Source: an uncultured delta proteobacterium (lineage in GTDB: Bacteria; Desulfobacterota; Syntrophia; Syntrophales; Smithellaceae). From it: a stretch of DNA of 64,000 bases. Every line of letters starts with the position of its first letter. Within the stretch, counting starts at the first letter, position 1. The notes beneath the pieces were generated by a model. That model was not told the DNA's origin. It saw nothing but the letters and a program-made list of their open reading frames with translations, and made no database searches. Below, piece after piece: positions 1 to 8,622 of this stretch. The position numbers were made by a program, and so were the translations under genes. The DNA lies in the NCBI GenBank assembly GCA_903904655.1, contig CAIVDK010000139.1, positions 3,325 to 67,324 on the forward strand, read 5' to 3'.

Positions 1-585
1 AACAAGCTCCAGACCAAGCTTTTTTGTTGCTTCTTTCATTTCCTTGATATGCACGACCGAGTTTGCCTCGCCGGCATTATAGATGGTGCCCCACTGTTTT
101 GCCTTGGGAATGAATTTTACGTACATCTCCATCTGGCGAAACACGGGCCAGCGATCACTGACGCCCGTCACATTGGTGCCCGTCTTCTTGCCCGGGGCGC
201 TGTCCTTCGGGACAATTCCGGCATTGATAGGATCGGTTATAGACGAGAAAATAACGGGGATGTTCTTCGTAATCTTCACCACGGCCTGGGTCGTCGGGGT
301 AGCAATGGCATGAATCAGGTCCACCTTATCATCCATGAACTTTTGGGCGATGGCGTTGGCTTTGTTCATATCACCCTGCGCATTCTGGCGGTCATAGATG
401 ACATTGACGCCTTCCTTGAATCCGCTGCTGCTCAAGGCATTTTCAAAGCCCTTCTGGTCGGCGTCCAGCGCCTGATGGGAAATGATCTGGGTAACCCCTA
501 TCCGTATCATTTTCTTGTCCTCAGCAAACGAAAATACAGAGACGAAAACAATTACTATGGATAGCAGAGCAATCAACTTTTTCAC
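1..585 (-). CDS. ABC-transporter substrate-binding protein (PF04392/BMP-like family), 3' end cut by window edge
   Basis: Not in the ORF track because it runs off the edge. Reverse-strand reading from GTG at 585 (AAGGAG 9 nt upstream) gives VKKLIALLSIVIVFVSVFSFAEDKKMIRIGVTQIISHQALDADQKGFENALSSSGFKEGVNVIYDRQNAQGD... This is a signal peptide plus the IG-x-Q-x-x-H-x-ALD core typical of this SBP family. The frame stays open to position 1. The + ORF 49..564 is its antisense shadow. Confidence 0.7.
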   Translation of the reverse strand, partial: MKKLIALLSIVIVFVSVFSFAEDKKMIRIGVTQIISHQALDADQKGFENALSSSGFKEGVNVIYDRQNAQGDMNKANAIAQKFMDDKVDLIHAIATPTTQAVVKITKNIPVIFSSITDPINAGIVPKDSAPGKKTGTNVTGVSDRWPVFRQMEMYVKFIPKAKQWGTIYNAGEANSVVHIKEMKEATKKLGLELV

Positions 586-606
586 GGCCGATATCTCCTT
601 TTCACT

Positions 607-2001
607 TTAAAAGAAATTGTACTGAATCATTGTGTTGATGCGATGCTGAACCCCTTCCTCGTCGCCGAAGGTAACGCGCCTGCCCCAACTGTATTCTATG
701 CCGGCCTCCACGTTCTTGGTGATGCTCCATAAGAGATTGATGCTGGCCTGGTCGATTCGTTTGTTGGGCACAAACTCATCCGCCTTTCCCGCCCAGAAGC
801 GTCCGTAAGCGTTGGCTATTTCATCCATACCAAAATAGGTCTGGCCGGCGATGAAATTGGAACGTAAAGCAGAACTCCAGGGAAAGGTATATCCTAAATG
901 CCAACCCATTGCACGCCAGAGACGCAGATCCGAGCCTGTTTCTGTTGCGCCCTGCATGATGGAATTAAACATGTAGCGACCGATACCGTCCCCTCCCTGG
1001 ATGCCGGCCACCAGGGTTCCCGGCCCCAGCCTGCTGCTGCCGCTCAAACCCAGGGCATAACCGCGTTGGCTGTGAAGATCATTGCGATATTCCATCGTCA
1101 CTGCGCGGGCGGAAATATGCGCTTTTTCGCCGTGCAACGACCAGTTGACCACAAAATCGGGAACGCGGTCGAAATCGATACGACCCGCATTGGATCTGGT
1201 TTGATATGGAGGTAAACTGGACAGGCTTTCCGGATTCTCGACGGAAAACGCCAACGAGGAGCTGCCCAGCGGCAGCGTGTAGCGCAATTGGGTCTGGCGG
1301 ATCAGTGTCACGTCGCCAAGGGGGTTGAAATCCACCGTCTCGGGGTAGGATCGGAGGTCGATGAAGTTCGACCACGTCTGCCCCACCAGGAGATTGCCCC
1401 AGCGGCCGTAGGCATGACGCAGGCGGAATTGGGTGCCATTGGAGCCCAATTCACTCATGTAATCATTGGGCGCATTGAAATCCCCCTCCAGCTTGACTTC
1501 TAAATCACCCCACGGGGAGGGGGTGTTGGTCACGATGCCGAGGCGGCTGGCGCGGGCGGTTGCGTAAAACTGTCCTTTGCGCTCCCGGTTTGCGCTATTC
1601 GTATCCAGCGGTTGGGCAAAGACAGCGGAAGACCAGTCATTGTTGTTAATATCGTTGTTGCGGCCGGCAAAATCGTAGGTGGCATCAACGCGCACATTGC
1701 CGTATATCTTGAGAGAGGTATTCGTGCCGGGTATCAGGAAGGAACCCGGGCTGGTCCCCGCGGTCACCGGCTTTGCGGCTGCCGCCACTTGTTCCGGCTG
1801 ACGAGCAGGCGTTTGTCCGGGCTGTGTGACCGGCGCCTTCTCCGGTTGACAAGCCTCCGCTTTCTGGCGTTTTTCCAACTCCTCGATGCGTTGCTGCAAC
1901 AGGCGCACTGCTGCCTTCAAATCATCCAGCTCACTGCCGTATGCAGGAAAACTAGCGGTTCCTAAAATCATGAAAGCAAGTACAATCACCCAGCGTCTCA
2001 T
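607..2001 (-). CDS. Outer-membrane porin, DcaP-like (N-terminal coiled coil + beta-barrel)
   Basis: 464 aa. Signal peptide MRRWVIVLAFMILGTASFPAYG, then a coiled coil (LDDLKAAVRLLQQRIEELEKRQK) and a Pro/Gln/Ala linker. The body is rich in alternating beta-strand-like segments and ends in the aromatic terminus ...MIQYNFF. Confidence 0.65.
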   Translation of the reverse strand: MRRWVIVLAFMILGTASFPAYGSELDDLKAAVRLLQQRIEELEKRQKAEACQPEKAPVTQPGQTPARQPEQVAAAAKPVTAGTSPGSFLIPGTNTSLKIYGNVRVDATYDFAGRNNDINNNDWSSAVFAQPLDTNSANRERKGQFYATARASRLGIVTNTPSPWGDLEVKLEGDFNAPNDYMSELGSNGTQFRLRHAYGRWGNLLVGQTWSNFIDLRSYPETVDFNPLGDVTLIRQTQLRYTLPLGSSSLAFSVENPESLSSLPPYQTRSNAGRIDFDRVPDFVVNWSLHGEKAHISARAVTMEYRNDLHSQRGYALGLSGSSRLGPGTLVAGIQGGDGIGRYMFNSIMQGATETGSDLRLWRAMGWHLGYTFPWSSALRSNFIAGQTYFGMDEIANAYGRFWAGKADEFVPNKRIDQASINLLWSITKNVEAGIEYSWGRRVTFGDEEGVQHRINTMIQYNFF

Positions 2002-2120
2002 CAGACTTCTCCTTTAAAAAAATGTGACAAGTATGCGTCAAAGTTCGATACCGCACTTTTTCGCCTGTTCCCTGAGGCGTTTCAGGGCTTTTTCTAAGGT
2101 GTGCACGGATATCAGAATGA

Positions 2121-3563
2121 TTATCTGCCTTGCCCAAGCAGCATGGCCGGAATCGTCTTCAGGATCAGAACCATATCGAGCCGCAAAGACCAGTGGTCAA
2201 TATAATCCATGTCCATATCCATCCACTGATTAAATGTGATATCGTTTCTTCCGGGCTGGATCTGCCAGATACAGGTAATGCCGGGCTTCATGGAGAGACG
2301 GCGACGTTGCCACAGCTCATACTTGTCCACTTCAGCAGGAGTAGGGGGTCTGGGCCCTACAATGCTCATCTCACCCCGGATCACATTAAGAAACTGGGGG
2401 AGCTCATCCAAGCCGAATTTTCTTAAGAATTTCCCAATATAAGGAATAATACGGGGATCCTTTTTTATTTTGAATGCCGGGCCATCGGCCTCATTCAATT
2501 CTATAAGAGTGTACTGCTGTTCTTCAGCGCCTATAACCATGGAGCGAAACTTGTAGAGTGGAAATTTTCTTCCGTCCTGACCACTGCGGATCTGTTTGTA
2601 AAAAACAGGACCGGGGGAAAACAATTTGATCAGACAGGGGACAATCACGAACAGCGGGAAGGTGATAATGAGCGCGAAAAGGGCCAAAACATAGTCCATA
2701 ATAGATTTGATGGCCATGGCGTCCTGATTTTTCTGACCTCGGCTGATGACAAGCGCGGGTTCCGACAAAAATTGCTCTACCTTGACGAAGTGAAATGTAT
2801 GGCTCGTCATGAATTTCCGAATATACCAGTAGGGAATAATTCGGACGGTGATTCCAAAAGTGTTGATGAAGGACAGATACCACTCAGAATTTTTTATTTC
2901 ATTTAACGGCATCGTGATCAGAACTTCATCGATGACCCGGTTAAGCATAATATCTCTAAGATCATCCAGCGTCCCAATCACTTTGACATCGCAGGCTACG
3001 GTTTTTCCAACATCCTCCCGGCTTAATTCGATACAACCAACGACTTGAATGATGCTTTCCTTTTGATTTTTGATTATTTGGATGAGTTCCTGGGCGGCGT
3101 CCCGGCTTCCCAGGATGAGGATCTGACGGTGGAAATAGTGGTCTTTGCGTTTTGAAACGATAAGCCGATCGATCAGCCAGCGGGCGAGAATCAAAACGAT
3201 CAGATCCATGAGATAAAATAGAAAGATCAGCAGGCGACTGACATCGGTGAATTTAAAAATATACATGCACACCACCAAAATAGCGGTGCTGAGGGTAACC
3301 CCTTTCAATAGGTTCATCACCAGCGGGAATGTCATTATGGCGCCGTAGCGGTACTCGACGTGTAAAAAATCCAGGGTTACATACCAGATGATGATGATGA
3401 GCAGCAGCAATAAATAATAGTTGGGAATCGTGGTCAGTCCTTCAAAAGGACCCACCAACCAGCTTCGTTTGACGGCATATACGACAACAAACACCATTGA
3501 TGTCAGAAAAACATCCACCGCCAATTCAATTCTTCTTACCATCTCTCTGTCCTGGTTCATCAT
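2121..3563 (-). CDS. Polyprenyl-phosphate sugar-1-phosphate transferase (WbaP/EpsB-type priming glycosyltransferase)
   Basis: 480 aa with N-terminal TM helices. The C-terminal bacterial sugar-transferase motifs are present: PGPVFYKQIRSGQDGRKFPLYKFRSM and DELPQFLNVIRGEMSIVGPRPP. Confidence 0.9.
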   Translation of the reverse strand: MMNQDREMVRRIELAVDVFLTSMVFVVVYAVKRSWLVGPFEGLTTIPNYYLLLLLIIIIWYVTLDFLHVEYRYGAIMTFPLVMNLLKGVTLSTAILVVCMYIFKFTDVSRLLIFLFYLMDLIVLILARWLIDRLIVSKRKDHYFHRQILILGSRDAAQELIQIIKNQKESIIQVVGCIELSREDVGKTVACDVKVIGTLDDLRDIMLNRVIDEVLITMPLNEIKNSEWYLSFINTFGITVRIIPYWYIRKFMTSHTFHFVKVEQFLSEPALVISRGQKNQDAMAIKSIMDYVLALFALIITFPLFVIVPCLIKLFSPGPVFYKQIRSGQDGRKFPLYKFRSMVIGAEEQQYTLIELNEADGPAFKIKKDPRIIPYIGKFLRKFGLDELPQFLNVIRGEMSIVGPRPPTPAEVDKYELWQRRRLSMKPGITCIWQIQPGRNDITFNQWMDMDMDYIDHWSLRLDMVLILKTIPAMLLGQGR

Positions 3564-3573
3564 AGAATGATTA

Positions 3574-4704
3574 TCAATAGTTCAGACTCTTTCTGTACAG
3601 TCTGTCATGCTCTCTGCAAGCCGTATCCCAGCTAAACTGTGTGGAAATCATCGATATGGCCTTTCGCTTGAACTCATCATACTGGTTTTCGGATATAGTT
3701 TCAATATAATTCATGTGCTTTGCGATAGCGGGAATATCCCCTACCGGAAAAGTCAAACCCGGAAGGGTTTCCACAAGTTCCCTATGCGGACCGATATCGC
3801 TTGTAACACTCATTATACCATAAGACAAGGCTTCCAGAAGAGTAATCGGAAGCCCCTCTAATTCGGATGCAGTGATAAAGGCGCGGGCATTGGAAAACAG
3901 CTCTTCCAGAACCGTTCCAAACTGATAGCCGGTAAAAATGACCGAGGGGGCATTCTCGGCCAACTTTATCAAATTGTTCATGTATTGTCCCGCAGCGGCA
4001 TTGTCGCCCACAATCACCAGGCTGTAATCTCTCGGGTTCAATACATAGGCTTTAATAATATCTTCCATGCGCTTTTCAGGAACCAGGCGACCGACGCATA
4101 GAAAATAGCGCCGGGCTGACAGGCCCCATTTTTTGATCAGGTTTGGCTCTTTTGGCGGAATCGGCGTCATACCGTTGGGAACATAGAAAGTGATCATTCC
4201 ATGCACGGAATCAAAATATTGTTGAAGTTCCTTGGAAACCACAATTCGGTATTGTGCAAACAGCATTGCGGCAAGCTCGCCAAGGTAGATCAGTTTCGAC
4301 GCCCACCATGGCCATTTTTTACGCTGCCAGTCGAGTCCGTGACAAGTAAAAAAAACCTTCATCCTCGGTCTGAAAACGCGGGGCATCCAGCTGAAGAAAC
4401 AGGGACCAATCCCATGAATGTGAACGATGTCCGGATTTGAAAATAGAACGTGAATCATCGAAAACAGCGTATGTAATAATGCGTCTGTGTACTTAAGGTT
4501 CAGAGTCGGCAGCCGCTTGATCTTCATCCCTTTATACGAATGGATGCCCTTCGGAACATAATAGCTGCGGGCATAGATGGTAATATCGTATCCCCTTTCG
4601 GCCAGGCGTGAGTAGAGGTTTTCACAATGATGTTCGACGCCGCCCCACGTTGCGGGTACGCCACGGACACCGATTACTGCGATTTTTATCATTTTTATCC
4701 CCAA
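3574..4704 (-). CDS. Glycosyltransferase family 4 (DUF1972-type N-domain)
   Basis: N-terminus IAVIGVRGVPATWGGVEHHCENLYSRL. C-terminal GT-B motif FITASELEGLPITLLEALSYG. Overlaps the upstream gene by 10 nt, consistent with an operon. Confidence 0.8.
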   Translation of the reverse strand: MGIKMIKIAVIGVRGVPATWGGVEHHCENLYSRLAERGYDITIYARSYYVPKGIHSYKGMKIKRLPTLNLKYTDALLHTLFSMIHVLFSNPDIVHIHGIGPCFFSWMPRVFRPRMKVFFTCHGLDWQRKKWPWWASKLIYLGELAAMLFAQYRIVVSKELQQYFDSVHGMITFYVPNGMTPIPPKEPNLIKKWGLSARRYFLCVGRLVPEKRMEDIIKAYVLNPRDYSLVIVGDNAAAGQYMNNLIKLAENAPSVIFTGYQFGTVLEELFSNARAFITASELEGLPITLLEALSYGIMSVTSDIGPHRELVETLPGLTFPVGDIPAIAKHMNYIETISENQYDEFKRKAISMISTQFSWDTACREHDRLYRKSLNY

Positions 4705-5861
4705 ATGGTCATGAGCTTTGCCACGGTCTGTTCAATGTTGAACTGTCTATATACGTCCCCATAGGCATTCTTGCCGTAATCAGCGGCGATCACGGGATGG
4801 TTTAATAAAAAAGCAATGGCTTCGGCGAGTTTTTCAGAATTGCCCGGGGGAACCAGGAGACAATTGTATTCGTGCTTTAAGATGTCGCGGTTTCCGGGGA
4901 TATCGGTTGCAACAATCGGTTTTCCGGCAGCCATGGCTTCAAGAAGCGCCATCGAAGTTCCTTCAGAAGTGGATGGAAGGACAAATACCTCCGTTAAAGC
5001 AAGAATCTCACGAACATCGTTTCGGCTTCCGAGAAAGGAAACCACATCCCGAACCCCAAGACTCTGGCTTTGTTTTTCAAGAGATTCTCTGAGGTCGCCG
5101 TCGCCGGCCAGAAGCAATTTAAGGTTGCCAAACCGACTTGTCAGATACGGCATGGCCTCAACTAAATAGCGATGTCCCTTGGGTGGCATGAGGCGTCCGA
5201 CCGACGTTATAAGTCGTTGCCCCGGTAAGGCGCCAACAGAGGGCAGCCATTCCGGGTTCGCCAGGGTGCCGCGAATCGCTTCAACGTCAATCCCATTGAT
5301 GATGATTCGGATTTTTGACGAAGCCAGATGAAAGACGCTCTTCAGTTGTTCCGCCACATCATCGGATACCGCTACCACTGAATCCGTCAGATGATAAAGC
5401 ATCCAGGTCACGCCTACTCGAAAATGATTGCGAAAATCGCCGGCTTTTCGCTCCGGCAGCAAAGCTGGATAATGTACGGTAGAAATCACCCGATCGGCTC
5501 GACTCAGCCACCCCGCCGGAATGCCCGTAAATTCCGCATCCGACAGGTGGCAATGCACCACATCCACTTTATGTTGCCTGCAAAGAGCAATGATGTCTCT
5601 GACGTTTTTATAAAAATAGAGAATAAAATCGTATGGCTTATAAATGCTGGGCCTGGGCCTGTTGAAACAATAGACCGTCACCCCTTTCGATTCGATTCGG
5701 GCCTTGATGGTTGTATCCGGTTGAATCACGCAGACAAGGGTTTGATATGCGGACTTTGGTGTTTTTTCGGCCAGCAGCACCAGCAATTCCTGAGCGCCGC
5801 CAACATTAAGCGCATCAATCACATGCAGGATTGTTCTTTTTCTGCCCAGCATTTTATCCAC
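4695..5861 (-). CDS. Glycosyltransferase family 4
   Basis: ILHVIDALNVGGAQELL N-terminal motif and VLPSTSEGTSMALLEAMAAGKPIVATDIPG C-terminal GT1/GT4 motif. Confidence 0.85.
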   Translation of the reverse strand: MDKMLGRKRTILHVIDALNVGGAQELLVLLAEKTPKSAYQTLVCVIQPDTTIKARIESKGVTVYCFNRPRPSIYKPYDFILYFYKNVRDIIALCRQHKVDVVHCHLSDAEFTGIPAGWLSRADRVISTVHYPALLPERKAGDFRNHFRVGVTWMLYHLTDSVVAVSDDVAEQLKSVFHLASSKIRIIINGIDVEAIRGTLANPEWLPSVGALPGQRLITSVGRLMPPKGHRYLVEAMPYLTSRFGNLKLLLAGDGDLRESLEKQSQSLGVRDVVSFLGSRNDVREILALTEVFVLPSTSEGTSMALLEAMAAGKPIVATDIPGNRDILKHEYNCLLVPPGNSEKLAEAIAFLLNHPVIAADYGKNAYGDVYRQFNIEQTVAKLMTIWG

Positions 5862-5863
5862 CG

Positions 5864-6772
5864 TTATCCCAATATTTTATAGATTTTCTGGGGCACGGGG
5901 AACTTACGATCATTCAAAATAACTCCGATCGAATCAATCCCGAATTTTTGAAGTTTATCGATAACCACTTTGCTGACTTCATAGCGGGAGACGCCATATC
6001 GACAAACCAAAAGCGCCATGTCAACAGCTTTAGCAAATTCAATCATGACGGGGCTGCTGACCAGGGGTTGGCCGTCTATGATCGTTACGTCGAAATTGGT
6101 TCTGCAAAATTTCAGCAGGTGTTCGATGGGTTCGCGCGAGAGCATGCTGCTGCCGATATTTTTTCCGACTGTTCCGGCTCCGGAAGGCAGCAAATAAAGT
6201 CCCGGGTACTCGGTTTGAACAACCATCGGTGCAAGGTCTTTTTTCTCAGCAACAAATGAATAAACCCCTGGAAGGTTTTTAATTTTGGGAATGGGCGCAT
6301 GTCTCAGATTCGTATCGACATAGAGAACCTTCATGCTGTACTCTTTGGACAAAAACATCGCCAAATGGAAGGAAATCAGTGTGACTCCCTCTTTCCCGGA
6401 TGATCCGCAAATCATGAGAGCCTGGATATTTTGTCTTGTTTCAAGCATGATGTTGGCCCAGCAATCCGAGAGGCTATAGTTCATTTTGGAAAGCAGTGCC
6501 GGATAGGGAATGGTCAGCTTACCCGGAATCCGCGGAATGAATCGGGCTTTTAGCGGTTTTGTCGGGGCCTGGGGTTCCGGTTCCGGTTCCGGTTCCCGAG
6601 CCGGAGCGCTCTGGTTGACGACAAACTGCGGCTTGCTGTTCTTGTCATGCGCATCCTCCAGAAAATCGGAAGCTGCAGGCTTCGGTGGATAGCCGTGCGA
6701 TTCAGATTGCGGATCAACAGAAATCCTGCCGTTGTTCTTATGTTTGGAATATACATCTTCCCATATATTCAT
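5864..6772 (-). CDS. BY-kinase/MinD-like P-loop ATPase homologue with degenerate Walker A (EpsG-like position in the locus)
   Basis: The C-terminal 220 aa align by eye with the CpsD/Wzc ATPase core: VLYVDTNLR (Walker A'), DVTIIDGQP (Walker B), ILND. The P-loop reads SGKEGVTLIS instead of SGKGGVGKTT or GEGKST. N-terminal disordered region with (EP)4. No C-terminal Tyr cluster. Confidence 0.65.
   Translation of the reverse strand: MNIWEDVYSKHKNNGRISVDPQSESHGYPPKPAASDFLEDAHDKNSKPQFVVNQSAPAREPEPEPEPQAPTKPLKARFIPRIPGKLTIPYPALLSKMNYSLSDCWANIMLETRQNIQALMICGSSGKEGVTLISFHLAMFLSKEYSMKVLYVDTNLRHAPIPKIKNLPGVYSFVAEKKDLAPMVVQTEYPGLYLLPSGAGTVGKNIGSSMLSREPIEHLLKFCRTNFDVTIIDGQPLVSSPVMIEFAKAVDMALLVCRYGVSRYEVSKVVIDKLQKFGIDSIGVILNDRKFPVPQKIYKILG
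6573..6596. repeat. Hexanucleotide microsatellite (GGTTCC)x4, encodes (EP)4 on the minus strand
   Basis: Four perfect tandem GGTTCC units read directly from the sequence, in frame inside the 5864..6772 CDS (REPEPEPEPQ). Confidence 0.9.
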
Positions 6773-6783
6773 GACGGACCCCT

Positions 6784-8622
6784 TTATCTTTTCACAACCT
6801 GACTTTTAATTCCTTTTTCTTGAAGTCTCTGCTTCAGGGCCTCTGCCTCGGATTTTTTTTCATAAGCGCCCAGATACAATCGAAAGAGGTTCCTTCCCTT
6901 CTGGATTGCATATGGAAAATATCCAGATTGTTTTAACTTTTCGAACAGATTTATTCCGTCCATTTCGCTCGAAAATTCAGCCACCTGGCAGGCGTAATCG
7001 GTTTTTTGAACAGAGGCGTTGGCCAGTTTGTAAGTCGCTTTTATTTTTTTCGCCTCTTCTTCGGTTGAATAAAACCCGATATAAATACGCCACAACGCCC
7101 CCATATCGCCCAAATCCACTTTCACGAGATAGGGGGTCAGCCCCAGTTGTTTTATTTCAGATATTTCTTGAAAAGCCTTTTCCTGCTGCTGATAGCTTGA
7201 AGACCGGAGTGAAAAAGGATGAAATGGAAACGATTCACGCGTTCCTGCGGAAGCGGTTTCGCTACTGGAAGGTGGCTGGGTTTGCTGACCACCGGCCTGC
7301 TTCGAAGGCGTATCGGTTGGCGCAGAGGTCGCAGCCTCCATGTGGGTCGCGGTCGACGGCTTTTCATTGGACGGTTTATCGGTCATCTCTTCGCGCAGGG
7401 TTGGAATGACTACGGCGCCCTTTTCCGCGGGAATGACGACCGCGGCTTTTTCAGATTGTTCAGGGGTATTTTGCTGCGTTTCCGAGGTCGTCGGCGAAAA
7501 GAAATTGATGATCTTGTTACCATCCATGAAATTCTGGTATAGCCAGGAACCGGCCAGTATCAGTAGGAGAATAACAACAGCCCATATCACCGCTTTTCTG
7601 AGCTTGTTACCAGAAACCGAAATTTTAAGAGGAGCCATTTCCTGCTGGTACGCCCCTGCATCGGTTGCCGAAGAAACGGGAACCTGCTTAGCGGCATTGT
7701 CTGCTGGGAGATCTTCTGAAAAGGTGATGGCGGTTTGTGCTTTATCCTTCGAATCAGTAGCTGTTTCAGTTTTATCCACAACAGCATCCGTTCCGGCCTC
7801 TGCTTTGGTTCCTGCCAGGGTGCCCTCAACCAATATTTTGGCATCATCCACAACGTCCGGAGGGATTTGAATCATTCGCTTTGAGGCGCCAATCAGCAAA
7901 CAGGTATCGCTGATGTTGTTGATCAGGCGCGGAACGCCTCCGCTGTATTCAAAGATCTTTTTAATCGTTTCGTCAGGAAAAGCAGCGCCGGTGGCGCCAG
8001 ATTTCATCAGACGAAAATAGATATAATTCTTTGTATCATCCAGGCTGAATTTGGCCAGATGGCATCGTCTTTTAATTCGTTGATTGAGTGAGCTTAAGGC
8101 CGGCGTTCTCAGGTCCTGCAGAAATGACGGGTGGCCCACAAAAATCATGATCATCGGAAAAAATTCGTTATGATTAAAAGTAGACAGATACTTCAACTTG
8201 GTCAGGATGGTCGCGTCCAGCTCATGGGCGTCATCAATAATCAGATAAAACCGGGAATGATCGGCATCACCTCGGAAGCGATCATAAATCATATCCTGAA
8301 GAATCTCTTCATCTTCAGGGGTCGTAGAAATGCCCAGACTGGAGGCCATCCGCCTCAAGATTCCGCCATAGCCTTCATTGGACGTGGGAATATATAATAC
8401 CCGGGGCACCCCTTTTTCCTTTAAAACCTTAATCAGCCTGAGGCACAGCAGGGTCTTGCCCATGCCGTATTCGCCTGTCAGCAAGAGAAAGGGCTCCTGG
8501 GTATCGATGCCGAAGAGCAGATAATACCAGGCTTCCTTATGCGTATCAGAGATAAAAAAAGTATCCGTGTTGGGGTGTGTGTTGAAAGGGTCTGTTTGTA
8601 AATGATAATAATCTTTATACAT
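6784..8622 (-). CDS. ExeA-like AAA+ ATPase with TM segment and C-terminal SPOR-type peptidoglycan-binding repeats
   Basis: N-terminus YYHLQTDPFNTHPNTDTFFISDTHKEAWYYLLFGIDTQEPFLLLTGEYGMGKT (Walker A) and YLIIDDAHEL (Walker B), typical of ExeA/GspA and PEP-CTERM-locus secretion ATPases. Central TM helix (AVIWAVVILLLILAG). The C-terminus carries two RNP-like SPOR repeats: WRIYIGFYSTEEEAKKIK and FRLYLGAYEKKSEAEALKQRLQ. Confidence 0.75.
   Translation of the reverse strand: MYKDYYHLQTDPFNTHPNTDTFFISDTHKEAWYYLLFGIDTQEPFLLLTGEYGMGKTLLCLRLIKVLKEKGVPRVLYIPTSNEGYGGILRRMASSLGISTTPEDEEILQDMIYDRFRGDADHSRFYLIIDDAHELDATILTKLKYLSTFNHNEFFPMIMIFVGHPSFLQDLRTPALSSLNQRIKRRCHLAKFSLDDTKNYIYFRLMKSGATGAAFPDETIKKIFEYSGGVPRLINNISDTCLLIGASKRMIQIPPDVVDDAKILVEGTLAGTKAEAGTDAVVDKTETATDSKDKAQTAITFSEDLPADNAAKQVPVSSATDAGAYQQEMAPLKISVSGNKLRKAVIWAVVILLLILAGSWLYQNFMDGNKIINFFSPTTSETQQNTPEQSEKAAVVIPAEKGAVVIPTLREEMTDKPSNEKPSTATHMEAATSAPTDTPSKQAGGQQTQPPSSSETASAGTRESFPFHPFSLRSSSYQQQEKAFQEISEIKQLGLTPYLVKVDLGDMGALWRIYIGFYSTEEEAKKIKATYKLANASVQKTDYACQVAEFSSEMDGINLFEKLKQSGYFPYAIQKGRNLFRLYLGAYEKKSEAEALKQRLQEKGIKSQVVKR

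Noticed and set aside
49-564. 171-aa + strand ORF (and the nested 83..313 ORF) at the left edge
   Set aside because: The opposite strand encodes a convincing signal-peptide-bearing ABC substrate-binding protein with an RBS and a GTG start at 585. The + ORFs have no recognisable motifs and are antisense shadows.
2070-2093. Hairpin ccctga-ggcgtt-tcaggg followed by cttttt, shaped like an intrinsic terminator on the + strand
   Set aside because: Both flanking genes are on the minus strand, where the structure is preceded rather than followed by the T-run. There is no + strand gene to terminate. At most it blocks antisense transcription, so it is not called.
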